Assembly: GCF_006345805.1 (NCBI RefSeq)
Contig: NC_042998.1
Location: 111,414,001-111,478,000, forward strand
Direction: 5' to 3'
DNA from: Octopus sinensis
Lineage: Eukaryota
DNA: 64,000 nucleotides
Of this stretch, positions 1-12,140 are shown in pieces; within the stretch, counting starts at the first letter, position 1; each line of letters begins with the position of its first letter. Under the pieces are notes generated by a model. The model was not told the DNA's origin, ran no database searches, and saw nothing but the letters and a program-made list of their open reading frames with translations. The translations under genes were made by a program, and so were the position numbers.

Positions 1-316
1 TGACGAAAGCTGAAATTAGTTTCTGTATGTCTGTTGATGTGTGAGCGAAAACACGGATGATGAAATTATCCTTTGCTACAAATCTCAAAGCAGAAGAGAA
101 ATAATGTATATTTGTTATTTTTTGTTTTTCTCGTCAACGTCACTATTATATTCCTACAATAACTCTAAATTGATGTCTTGATAGAATCAATAGATTACAT
201 TATTGTGGAATATGACACGTGTTTCATAGCATCTCCTTCGCAATAACAAAATACTTTAATATGTGTTAACGTACTTGGGTGTGTATGTATGCATGTATGT
301 ATGTATGTATGTATGT

Positions 317-352
<36 letters not shown>

Positions 353-517
353 TAACATATACATGAGTGCATGTATACATGTAAGTCTTTGTATGTATAT
401 GTGTTGTTATATATACATTTATCTATACTAATACATACACCTATACGCACACAGACACATATATGTATATATACATACATATATATAAACATATATATAT
501 ATATACATATACTCATA

Positions 518-558
<41 letters not shown>

Positions 559-879
559 TGTAAATATGTGCTTGGAAGTGAGCCTGTGCTTATGTGCGCA
601 CAGACAATGTGATTATATATATTTTATGTATGGCTTTTGTTGCAAAGACAGAGAGAGAAAGAAGAGATGTGATTGTATGTGTATAAGTATCTGGGCTGTG
701 AATCTCTGTGTATGCGTGCATATGTGTGTATGTGTTTACGTGCGTGTGTGTTCGTGTTTGCGTATGTGTGTATGTTTGCGTGCGTGTGTGTGTGTGTGAA
801 GATATACACACTACAGCATATCACAAACATATCTAAGAGTAGCATATCACTAGCGTATCACAGAGTGCGTAAGTGTCAG

Positions 880-930
880 TCAATAACAGCAACAATAACA
901 ACAATAACAACAACAGCGACGACGACGACG

Positions 931-969
<39 letters not shown>

Positions 970-970
970 G

Positions 971-1007
<37 letters not shown>

Positions 1008-1016
1008 TGCAGCAGT
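880..1016. repeat. Compound trinucleotide microsatellite (ACA/ACG/GCA)n
   Basis: Directly visible. One of dozens of (TA)n, (TG)n, (CATA)n, (GATA)n, (TAT)n and (CAT)n tracts, e.g. 1613-2075, 9741-10125, 10525-10737, 11023-11138, 13130-13220, 25360-25560, 47590-47800, 60225-60305, 61937-62001, 62560-62700. Confidence 0.95.
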
Positions 1017-1388
1017 AAAATGATTTTAAAAGAATAGAGAAAATGGAGAAAAATAAAGAACGGAAGAAAAAATACTATTTCAGAAAAGTTTGCTATATAT
1101 TTTTTTTTTTTTGTAGCTATTCACTTTGGTTGCTGTTCTTATCATTGTTGCTGTCTTCGTCGATGTTCTTTCTGTTATCGTGTTGTTTTATTCTCTTATT
1201 TTTGTATTTATTGATATGTGTTTCTGGTTCTTTTTTTTTTTTTTATTATTATTGTATGACCTTTTCAAAAGTTCTGCCAATGAATACAGATGACAATGAC
1301 AAATAGTATATGGAATGATCTTTTGGTATTCAAGCAGATAATAGGATTTAATCAATCATTTAAACCGTTTTCAAATCGCTTAACAGAA

Positions 1389-1421
<33 letters not shown>

Positions 1422-1610
1422 GCTCTTTCACTATCTTCTGCGAATGTGGTGTGCTCATGACACGATTATATTGCTTACCCAGGATGGTGCCCTACTGAAA
1501 GAAATAGATCTTCCATAAATCGGATGTACACACTTTCCAATTTTACATGATTCCATGCTGGTATAATTTCTTCTGAACGAAGCATCTCAAATATCTTTCG
1601 TCATTAATAG

Positions 1611-1661
<51 letters not shown>

Positions 1662-1743
1662 TGTGTGTTTCTATGGATGTGGATGTGTATTTGTTCGCAT
1701 GCATGTGTGTGTGTCTATGAGTATGTGTATATATATATGTGTA

Positions 1744-1777
<34 letters not shown>

Positions 1778-1794
1778 CATATATATATATATTG

Positions 1795-1837
<43 letters not shown>

Positions 1838-2037
1838 GTATATATATATACATATATCTATATATATATATATGTGTGTGTGTGTGTACATACATATGTG
1901 CATGTGTGTATGTATGATTGTATGTATGTATGGATATAAATAAATATATATATATATACATATGTACATACATGCATATATATGTATATACATATATATC
2001 TATGTACATATATATACACACACATACACACAGACTA

Positions 2038-2071
<34 letters not shown>

Positions 2072-3059
2072 ACATAGAGCACTTTTATAATCACATAGGC
2101 ATGAACACATGAAAGCGAATAAAATTTGTCCATCTGACACTAACTCATGTAAACTGCGGAACTGATATAGTTTGAACGGAAGCCACCTACCTATTGTCAA
2201 TAGTTTAGTATCAGCATCATCGTCATCGTCAATGTTGTCGTTATCGTCCTCGCCGCCACTGTCATCATCACCGTCATCATCACCGTCATCATTACAACCA
2301 TCCCCATCGTCGTCTTAGTTGTTGTCGTCGCTGTGGTGGTCATCATTTATGTGGTCGTTATCATTATCATCATCATTGGCAACATCGTCTTTATCGTCTT
2401 CTTTATTAATACCATCCCCATTTATAATCTCGGACATGCAGACATTTTTGTTTTATAATCCTTATCTTCCAACATGAAGCTATTGCAATTCTTGAAACTA
2501 TACCACATGTTTGAGTCATCCTCCAAAAAGGAACTTTCTGATCCTGCTATCGAGTTATCACGCTCTAGTTTCAAACATCGGACATGTGGAAACAAGTTTT
2601 TAATCTTTCTTTCTCTCTCCTACTCTCTCTCCCTCTCTTCTCCCTCTCTCTCCCCTCTCTCCTTCTCTCTCTCCCTCTCTCTTCTGTTCATCGCTCGGTA
2701 GTTGCATGGCTTTTAAAGAGCAGGGAATAATGGGAGACCTTTTCTCCCATGTTACTCATCAGTCAACTATTCATGAATTGAAGCTACAACTGAAACTCTT
2801 TTATAAGCCTTGCTCCTAAACCTTCAACTCTAGAATATCTTTTTCATTGACACATCTATACCACCGACAGACGTCTACCAAAATTTTTTTCAGATTAAAT
2901 ATTTTCAACCAAACTAGGAAGTTTTAAAACGGTTATGGCTAGTCTACATCTTGCTCTTGTTTGGTTGCTCTTGAGAAAATTGTATTTTCAAGCTGAACAA
3001 ACACCAGTGCTTTTAGCGTAGCATAATTTCATGAAAAGCTACCAACCACATTTCAAGAG

Positions 3060-3581
3060 ACCTTCGTAAAGAATAGCGAGGGAAATGTGCTGGAACTGCC
3101 ACTCTGACTCATGGACCTCGCACTTGCGGTCAACCATCTCCGCTCCGATCGTAGTGAGCAGAGATATGGTCCGGTGGGGCTAAGAACGCCAGAGGTCTCA
3201 ACTACCACAAGCTTGGCCATAGAACTTTTGAAGAGCGACCGATACCTTGACAGATCTTTTTCTTTTTGTTTTTATGGGGGGGGGGTATTCGTTATTTTTT
3301 TTGTTTGGTTTTTTTTTTCTCAGTCTGACAAGCAGCAGAGCCTGGGCTGGTAGCTAACAACACCAACTTACCGCTGTGGCTTCCCAGATGAAGGTCCTAC
3401 CGCCACAGAAAGGGAAAATTGTCATACCATCTGGCCTTCTAACGTCCCCTCGATCTAGCCCCGCTGGCTCGAGCTGGCAAGGGAAGTCTGCAGCGTGTAA
3501 GGCCATGCTTTTTGATCTTGTTAAAAGCGGAATGACGTGGAAGGCGGCCAGCTCTATGACAGCAAGACAGTGAGATTCCAC
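3060..3581 (-). mobile_element. Degenerate C-terminus (restriction-like endonuclease, RLE) of a CRE-like non-LTR retrotransposon
   Basis: Minus-strand translation gives LEPAGLDRGDVRRPDGMTIFPFCGGRTFIWEAT, then after a T-rich interruption RYRSL..VVETSGVLSPTG and FQHISLAIL. This follows the EP.GL.R.DG.RPDG...WD.T...VET.G...QRIS.AI pattern of CRE-clade RLE domains. Confidence 0.65.
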
Positions 3582-3915
3582 TTCTACGATATCTTCTCAC
3601 AGTTTCTAGATTTCTGTTGATTTAACTGGTCATTGGATTGGTGGTACACTGAGTTATTACATTCAACTGATTATATTGACCGCAGTACTTTGGCTGACAT
3701 TTATTTTCTCAATCACGCAATGGACAAAACACTGTTTGACATTATCGCAAAGGGACATGCCTAGGACCAAACTAAATACTAGGATGTACTTTCGTTTTAT
3801 CCAACCATTTTATTCATCCCATGCCGCTGTTCACACATACATACATAGATACATACATACAAACATACATACAAAAATACATACACACGTACATACAAAC
3901 ATACATACATGCATA

Positions 3916-4490
3916 TGTAGTGGATGCGTGGATATATTAATAAATACATAAGTGCTTTGTAATAAATTAAAGATTTATTATCACTACATCAATTTGTAAG
4001 CAATGTTACACATCGCTTGTACAAAATGCATATTAAATAGTGGTTGCAAATAATACATATTAAAGGAATGCATAATACAGGATACACATTAAAGCAGAAT
4101 ATGTTTGATGGTGCGTGTGTGTAAATCATGCATGACAGAGTCACCTTTCTGATTATTCTTTCGTCGTCCTCATAAATGCGTGTCGTTCTCTTAAACGTTG
4201 GTTCGGGTTCTCTCCAGATACCTATTTCTCCGTTCTATTTATAACATCTCAAATAGCCAGAAAAATAGATATACCGCAAGAGTGTTATTGCGTACAGTAG
4301 GTCGCTGGTCGTCCTGTTAAACTTCGCCTGACCTGCTCGGGTCAGAGGTCGAAGGGAGACGATCCATCATTTTTTGTCAGAACAAAGAGATTCTGATTTG
4401 GCGCCTTTTTGTGCATTGGTATTTTACGACCAATGATTCTTGGGTCTGATTTCGAATCCAAGCTTAGAGAAGGAAGTGCTAATTCTTGCA
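3916..4490 (-). repeat. 3' LTR
   Basis: Matches 9166-9740 with 4 substitutions and no indels by manual comparison. Minus-strand TATAAAT near 4237-4243 and AATAAA at 3974-3979. Confidence 0.95.
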
Positions 4491-4503
4491 CTACCCCCCT
4501 TCT
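4491..4503 (-). promoter_or_regulatory. Polypurine tract (PPT)
   Basis: Minus strand AGAAGGGGGGTAG directly abuts the 3' LTR. Confidence 0.85.
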
Positions 4504-5058
4504 AGTGAGAAAGCCACAGAGATCGAACGATATTGGAAATGTATTATTATTATTATTATTTATTTATTTTTTTTTTGATTGTGTGCATGTGGAAAAAAAA
4601 AATTTTTTTTACACATTGAACGATAAAAATATGCATGAAAGGTTTACAATTTGTACGTGCTATATGGTGGGCAATATGTATATGTGCCCAGGCAGAATTA
4701 TGTTGGCGCGTTGAAAGAGATGTGCGTCTATTGATTACTCGACCTACTAGAGGTCTAATAGAGACAAGGTATCTTTCAGTGGCGAAAAAAAATCGAGTGA
4801 TAGCACGCATGAGAACAAGATTTGTAAATGTGTGTGGATATACAGTTAGCAAAAAAATATATTTATGAGAAAGCAAACATTTTGAAGAGAAAACAAAAAA
4901 TATGTACATGCAAAAATGAAAGAAATGTTCATCGGCAAAGTTCGATTTTGAAATGTTCCGTAAAAGTTCATACAGACAGTTTTTGTTTTCATTTTTTTTT
5001 CTTTACGTACACAAATGTTCTTTGATTTCTCTGGGTGGGTGATGCAGTTATGTGTTCA

Positions 5059-8000
5059 TTAGGAAGATGGATACGTTAGGAGTTCAGAACTTACCCGAAA
5101 AACTTGCACAAACCTTGCTGGCCATCGAACTGTTCTTCCTGATTTGGTGTGTCGGGGTTGTGCAGCATCTGTGGTGTTCGCTGGAGTTGCCGAGTCTGTT
5201 TGAGGAAAAGAGGGGACTGAATGTAAGTCCTCCTCGATGAAAGCTTTTTTTAAACGATCAATCGAGACCGTATTTCGTTTACCTCCAATATCGAGGACGA
5301 AATACTTGGGTTCTCTTTTGATGACCTTGTAGGGCCCGGAATATGGTGTCGAAGTTGAGAGGGTATCCCATCATTCCTCACGAAGACATGAGTCCATGTG
5401 TTGATATCTTTTGGGACACGTGAAACGACGTTCTGTTGTCTGGGGCCTGAGGGTGATACTTGCGACATGGATGTTCGTAATCGGTGCACATATTGTTGTG
5501 GGTCAGGGAAGTTTTGTGAAACAGGTTCGATCATCTGCCCAGGTAAGGTGAGTGTTGTGCCATAAACGAGTTCGGCCGGAGTATATCCCAGTTCTTCCTT
5601 AATCGTGGATCGAATTCCAAGGAGGATGAGAGGGAGATGTTCCAACCAGTGAGAACTGTCTGGAGCTGCTTTTATAGATGCCTTGAGTTGGCGGTGAAAG
5701 CGTTCCACCATGCCATTTGCTGCAGGGTGGTAAGCTGTAGTGCGGGTGTGTTTACACCCGAGGAGACGAGTCAGCTCGGTGAAAAGGTGGGAATCGAACT
5801 GACGTCCTCTGTCGGTGGTAATTGTTGCGGGTGTGCCCAAACGCGAAACCCATTGTGATATCAGCGTTTTAGCGACCGTTTCTGCTGATATATCAGATAG
5901 GGGCCAGGCTTCGGGCCATCGCGAGAACCTATCTACGCAAGTTAGCAAATATGAATAGTTCTGCGAAGGTGGCAGGGGTCCAACGATATCAATGTGAACG
6001 TGCTGAAATCGTGCATCGGGCTGCGAAAATGAACCGATTGGTGATTTTATGTGCCGGTGGATTTTCGCTTTTTGGCACGCAACACAGCACTTGGTCCATT
6101 CTCTGATATCCTTGTTGATACTGGTCCACACAAAACGGGTCGATATTAGCTTTTGAGTGGAGCGAATACCAGGATGTGACAGAGAATGTAGAGCGGAGAA
6201 AACTTCTCGACGATATTTCTGTGGTACATAAGGGCGTTGGTAACCAGTGGAAATATCACACCAAATATGGGCTGTGGATGATGGTAGTGGAACATGCTGA
6301 AATTTCAGAGATGACGAATTCCGGAGCTTTAGAAGTTCTTCGTCATTCTCCTGGTCAGCTGCTACGTGCCAGATCAATTGTAGACGTGGTGTGGATAGCA
6401 TTGATCTGCGCACGTGAAAGTGCATCGGCTGCCACGTTGGTCGTCCTTTGATGTGGCGTATATCCGTCGTGTACTGCGATATGAAGTCGAGGTGACGATT
6501 TCTCTCGGCGAATGGCGATCCGGTTTGGTGTTAAATGCGTATACTAATGGCTTGTGGTCGGTATATATGGCAAAATTGGTACCTTCTAGCATATGACGGA
6601 AATGCTTAACGGCCAGGTATGCCGCCAATAATTCCCGACTGAATGTGCTGTATTTGGTTTCCGCGGGTTTTAACCGCTTAGAAAAGAAAGACAACGGTTG
6701 CCATATACCGTCAACAAGCTGTTGTAGCACACCTCCGATTCCGGAATCGGATGCATCAACGAGTAAACATCGTGGGGCGTCTGGTTTTGGATAAACCAAC
6801 ATGGTAGCGCTAGATAACGCTTTTTTCAGGGCAGCGAAAGAAACGAGTTGATCTTCGGTCAGAGCTATATCTGCGTTTTTGCAGGTTCGCTGACGTAGCA
6901 AATCCGTGAGCGGTTGCGCTATTTCAGCGAGGTGGGGCACGAACCGTCGATAGAAATTCGCTAGACCGAGATATTCCCTTAATTTGCGGAGAGATGTGGG
7001 TGGTGGAAAATCCACGATGGCCTTGACTTTCTCGGGAAGGGGACGAATTCCATTTTTATCGACTATATGGCCGAGAAAATGAAGGGAAGCAACTCCGAAC
7101 AAACATTTGGTAGGGTTGATAACAATTCCAATTGACGTAGTCGTCCGAATAGCAGGTGAAGGTGTTGATTATGCTCTTCGTCCGAGTTACTGGCCACGAG
7201 TATGTCGTCTATGTAGGCATAGACGAAAGGCAAACCTCTAGTCACCATGTCGATAAACCTTTGGAATGTCTGTGCCGCGTTTCGTAAACCGAAGGCATAC
7301 GCAGGAATTCAAACATTCCGAAAGGTGTAGTCACTGCTGTCTTTGAGATGTCTGCAGGTTCGACTGGGATTTGGTTGTATGCTCGCACCAGGTCGATTTT
7401 TGAAAAGATGCGAGCTCCATGCAGCGAGCTCGAAAAGTCCTGAAGAAAAGGCACCGGATAGGCATCACTGATAGTGCTTTTATTCAGTGATCGATAATCG
7501 CCGCAAACCCGCCAATCGGTCGATGATTTTTTTGGGACGCAGTGTATCGGCGAGGACCAGTTGCTGCTGGAAACGCGGATGATTCCGAGGTCGAGCATGT
7601 GCTGGAATTCCCGCTTGACGGCCTGGAGACGATCAGGTGGTAACCTTCTGGGCCTTGCAGCAACAGGTGGACCGCTGGTTTTGATGTGGTGGGTAACGTC
7701 GTGCTTTATCGGCTGGTTATGAAAAACTGGCCGGGCGACATCTGGATAATCATTCAGGATGGAACTGTGACGAGTCGTTGTCGTAAGCATTACAGTTGGG
7801 CTGACTGTGTCCATTCGAGCGGCTATACCGCGCACAGTAAGCTTGGTGGTGGTGTCGACAAGTCGTCTGTTCTTTATGTCTACCAGGAGACCGAAATGAT
7901 GCAGGAAATCGGCTCCTAAGATAGGGGTCGGCAGTTTAGCGACGACGAATACCCACTGAAATGTGCGGCGTAGTCCTATGTTTAATGTTAGGGACTGTTC

Positions 8001-8219
8001 ACCGTAGGTTGGAATGGGTGAATGGTTGACTGCCTGAAGACAGACTGATGTCTCTTTTCTTTTTCCAGAAGTGTTGGAGACTGGGATGATGCTGACTTCC
8101 GCACCTGTGTCAACCAGGAAACGCGTGCCTGTTACACGATCGCAAACGAAAAACAGGCGACTGTGTGGGTGCGAACCAGGAATTTCCGTCGCGTTCAATT
8201 CCTGGCTGTGCCGTTTCCC
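5059..8219 (-). pseudogene. pol: pol (protease, RT, RNase H, integrase), broken by several single-base frameshifts
   Basis: [10 protein letters not shown] (protease); [31 protein letters not shown] (RT); LVDASD..RELLA..TDHKPL (RNase H); [35 protein letters not shown] (integrase). A shifted frame continues YSGPYKV...TKSGRTVRWPARF to a stop at 5059-5061. Confidence 0.93.
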
Positions 8220-9047
8220 GAACTGGGTGAGGAAAACGAGCACGGTACCGTACATTTTTGTGCCCGTGTTCCGAATGTTCGGTGGTACCAACACGTGTCA
8301 TGTGAGTTTCGGGTAGCACTGGGGCTTCGAGACCGTCTGCCATCTCGTCGAGATCGGCTGGTGCTTCGACGCTGGGGACTAAACTTTAGGGCTTGTATTT
8401 GGGCTGTGAGAATTTGTATTTGCGCAGCTTGCTGCGTCATTAATGCACGCAAATCCGAAATCTCTGAAGAACTGGTTTGTGCACGGAAAGGATTGGTACT
8501 GGGAGCGGCTGGCGTCACCGTCGATACCGTTGGATATCTGTGCGGTACTTCGCAAGTTCTTCAAGGGATGTGTTTTCTCTGGTGGACGCGAGAACAACCT
8601 GGGTATTGGAGGGCAGACGCTGGAGAAAAAGTTGCTTGAAGATTTTTTCTGGGAGCGTCTCATCTCCGAGAAGCTGTTTCATTCTCCGAAGAAGCTGGGA
8701 CGGCGTTTTGTCACCCAATTCTTCCGATATCAGAAGCTGGTGAAGTCTTTTTTGTTGGGATTCTGAGGTTCTTTTATTAACGTGGTTTTAAAAACTTCAT
8801 ATGAAACAGAACCGGGTGGTGCCATGATAAGGTCGCGTATCACGTTCGTTATTTCTGGTGACAGAGAACTGATAACGTGAGAAAGTCGAGCCGCATCGCT
8901 CGATATTCTGTGAGAGGCAAACTGTGCCTCTATATGGTGAAACCACAATGTCGGGTCGTGGGTCCAGAATGGTGGAATTTTTAACGAGATCGCCGCTTGG
9001 AATGCCATGTCGATGTTGGCCGCTGGGTTTTGTTCCGGGAGATTCAT
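8195..9047 (-). pseudogene. gag: gag in three frameshifted pieces
   Basis: LKIPPFWTHDPTLWFHHIEAQF N-terminus; GDKTPSQLLRRMKQL..LFLQRLP; C-terminal [18 protein letters not shown] (Cx2Hx9Cx3C). Confidence 0.9.
8213..8219 (-). promoter_or_regulatory. Putative -1 ribosomal frameshift heptamer G GGA AAC
   Basis: Gag reads TCG GGA AAC GGC (S-G-N-G) shortly before its stop; pol reads GGG AAA CGG (G-K-R) in the -1 frame. Confidence 0.75.
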
Positions 9048-9152
9048 TGTTTTTGTCGGAATTTTCAGTTGCTTCGTTGCTGGTGATGTGCAAACTGTAA
9101 TTCTTCGACGCGGTTGATGAAGCTGGTTCCAGGGAAGGCGCGATTCGTTTTA

Positions 9153-9163
9153 CGGGGTCACCA
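9153..9163 (-). promoter_or_regulatory. Primer binding site, tRNA-Trp type
   Basis: TGGTGACCCCG lies 2 nt inside the 5' LTR and is complementary to the tRNA-Trp 3' end (..CGGGGUCACCA). Confidence 0.85.
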
Positions 9164-9165
9164 AA

Positions 9166-9740
9166 TGTAGTGGATGCGTGGATGTATTAATAAATACATA
9201 AGTGCTTTGTAATAAATTAAAGATTTATTATCACTACATCAATTTGTAAGCAATGTTACACATCGCTTGTACAAAATGCATATTAAATAGTGGTTGCAAA
9301 TAATACATATTAAAGGAATGCATAATACAGGATACACATTAAAGCAGAATATGTTTGATGGTGCGTGTGTGTAAATCATGCATGACAGAGTCACCTTTCT
9401 GATTATTCTTTCGTCGTCCTCATAAATGCGTGTCGTTCTCTTAAACGTTGGTTCGGGTTCTCTCCAGATACCTATTTCTCCGTTCTATTTATAACATCTC
9501 AAATAGCCAGAAAAATAGATATACCGCAAGAGTGTTATTGCGTACAGTAGGTCGCTGGTCGTCCTGTTAAACTTCGCCTGACCTGCTCGGGTCAGAGGTC
9601 GAAGGGAGACGATCCATCATTTTTTGTCAGAACAAAGAGATTCTGATTTCGCGCCTTTTTGTGCATTGGTATTTTACGACCAATGATTCTTGGGTCTGAT
9701 TTCGAATCCAAGCTTTGAGAAGGAAGTGCTAATTCTTACA
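9166..9740 (-). repeat. 5' LTR
   Basis: TGTAG...TTACA, near-identical to 3916-4490. Confidence 0.95.
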
Positions 9741-10648
9741 CATACATATAAACATACATACATACATACAAATATACATATAAACATACATACATACATA
9801 CATACATACAAATATATATACATACATACATACATACATACATACATACATACATGCAAACACCCACATATTCACACATACACACACGCACTTCAAAGGT
9901 GTCAGCCCATGCCGCTGTTCACACATACATATATACATACATACACACATACACACATACATACAAACATACATACATACATACATACATACAAACATAC
10001 ATACAGGTGCCCCAGCATGGCCACATCTCGTGAGCTGAAACTAGATAAAATAAAAGTAATTTTTAAAAATACATACATACATACATACATACATACATAC
10101 ATACGTTCGTACGTACATACATACAGCCAAACACCCACATATTCACACATACACACACGCACTTCAAGGATGTCAGCCCTGCCTGTAGTGAAACCCTTAT
10201 TCAGTCAGACCTAGTTGACAGTACCTGGTACTGTTTACTGTCCTGGGTTACAAATCTGCAACTACGATTAAATAACCTCACTGCTCCGTGAGAAAAAGGC
10301 AAGAGTGTAAAACGTTATGCTAAACATGGACTGGAGCCCTTAATGTGAACTAGTTTTTGACCCGATACACTCTCGACAAATATCGCAGCCAAACTGATAC
10401 TAAATACTTTCATTCTAGGAAGGATTCTAGCTGACAGTCGTGTAAAACTCCATTATCTCTTGTGATAGACGGCAGCCAAAATACATACACATATATGAAT
10501 ATGTTGGTGAGCGTGTGTGTATAAGTATGTATGTATGTATGTATGTATGTATGTATGTATGTATGTATACACAAATATACAGACATACAGACAGACAGAC
10601 GGACAGACTCACAGACAGACAGGCAGGCAGACAGGCAGGCAGGCAGGC

Positions 10649-10739
<91 letters not shown>

Positions 10740-11059
10740 GTACATACATACACCTTTCTTATATACACAAATATATATTTATACAAATGCATTCAATGTG
10801 CTTCCACAGTTTTTCTGTACATAAGTCTGCCTCACAAGACTTTGGTAGAAGACCCTAGGCCAAGATGACGTGATGCGCAGTGAGATCTGACCCGGGACCA
10901 CGTAATGCGAAAAGAATTTCTGTACTACAATTTCCCGCTGGCTTAGTACACGTTGTTTAATGTAGATATTTTGAGGATGACTCCTTTTCTCATAGCATAC
11001 AAATTGCTAATAATATTATTTGATCATCATCATCATCATCATCATCATCACCATCATCA

Positions 11060-11138
<79 letters not shown>

Positions 11139-11350
11139 GGCCTGTTGGCAGAACCGTTAGCACACCGGACAAAAATGTTTCGCGGCCTTTATTTGGGTTC
11201 TTTACACCCTGAAAGGTAATGTCGCCTTAGTCGACTTTACCTTTCATCCTTTCAGGGTCGATGAAATTAGTACCAATTGAGCACAGAGAACAGTGTCATA
11301 CATTAACCCCTCTCCCAAAATTTCAAGCCTTGTACCTGTAGCAGAAAAGA
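11139..11350 (+). mobile_element. tRNA-derived SINE, family A (Meta/MESC-like core), diverged copy
   Basis: Contains GTCGACTTTACCTTTCATCCTTTCAGGGTCGATGAAATTAGTACC, homologous to 21689-21900. Further copies at ~12938-13070 (+) and ~13242-13445 (+). Confidence 0.75.
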
Positions 11351-11359
11351 TTATTATTA

Positions 11360-11972
11360 TTATTATTGTTATTTACTTTTTAATCTGCATGTTTGTTACA
11401 GTTACTTGCCGTGACAAGGGTGAGTGACGGATAAGAGTCCTAAGACGAGTGAAGGATAAGAGATGTTGTAGTACGACTGAAAGGTTGGGAAAGAGAAGTG
11501 GCATGGGGCAGTAACAAAATATCTTCTTGTAATGCAACACATACATTTAAACTGAGAGGGTTTTTATAAGGATGTGGGCAGTACTTATCAGCACAATCTT
11601 TTGGATTTCGCAGTGAACGTGGTTCTCTTGAGTTGTTGTCTAGATGTTTCTGACATACCATTTTATCATACCAGGGCACCTATAATAATAGGAACAGTTC
11701 TTGCTCTAAGACGCCACGCCTGTAGTAGAATGGATTATTATTATCATTCAGTAGTCTTATTTTTATTGTATGCATTCGCTGCACCACCGATTGCAGTTCT
11801 GTATGTCTTGGGGATGTGCTGCCGTTTGTATTGGAGTTGTTATTTTTACTGTATTCAAAGTGCTCTACACATAAGATTTGTGTGGTACCTAGCAGTGCTA
11901 TTTTCTGTAAGCTATATATATATATTTCTTATATATTTCTAAGTTATGGTGTCTGGTGTTCTGGTTATGTAC

Positions 11973-12008
<36 letters not shown>

Positions 12009-12140
12009 ACATGCGTGTGTGTGTATGTTTTTACCATACCTAAAGCATCTATCATAGGATAATTTCTGTCTTCATGTTCCACGTTCCGGTTATCTTTATT
12101 TCCAGATCTTTGTATTTTGAGAGTTTCTCCATTTTTTTAG
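11360..12140 (-). mobile_element. Two adjacent 3' fragments of R4/Dong-like RLE LINEs
   Basis: Minus translations TVPIIIGAL..EIQ.IVLISTAHILIKTLSV* and KKMEKLSKYKDLEIKITGTWN.KTEIIL..ALGMVK..LQKIALLGTTQIL; they end at (TAA)n-type tails. Confidence 0.65.

Larger units (their letters stand above)
3916..9740 (-). mobile_element. Full-length Ty3/Gypsy LTR retrotransposon, CsRn1-like
   Basis: Two 575-bp direct repeats with TG...CA ends; CATA TSD at 3912-3915 and 9741-9744; PBS, PPT and gag-PR-RT-RH-IN order on the minus strand; CHCC Gag motif and tRNA-Trp PBS are CsRn1 hallmarks. Confidence 0.95.

Noticed and set aside
195-2200. Many overlapping ORFs rich in YI/CV/HT, and a poly-T/poly-A ORF at 673-1023
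   Set aside because: Translations of (TA)n, (TG)n, (CATA)n and (ACA)n microsatellites. The same applies to ORFs at 9674-11219, 25322-25695, 38413-38692, 47538-47784 and 60065-63913.
4409-5240. Plus-strand ORFs in the LTR element's 3' region as a possible env or antisense gene
   Set aside because: Short, with no recognisable domain or signal-peptide/transmembrane layout.
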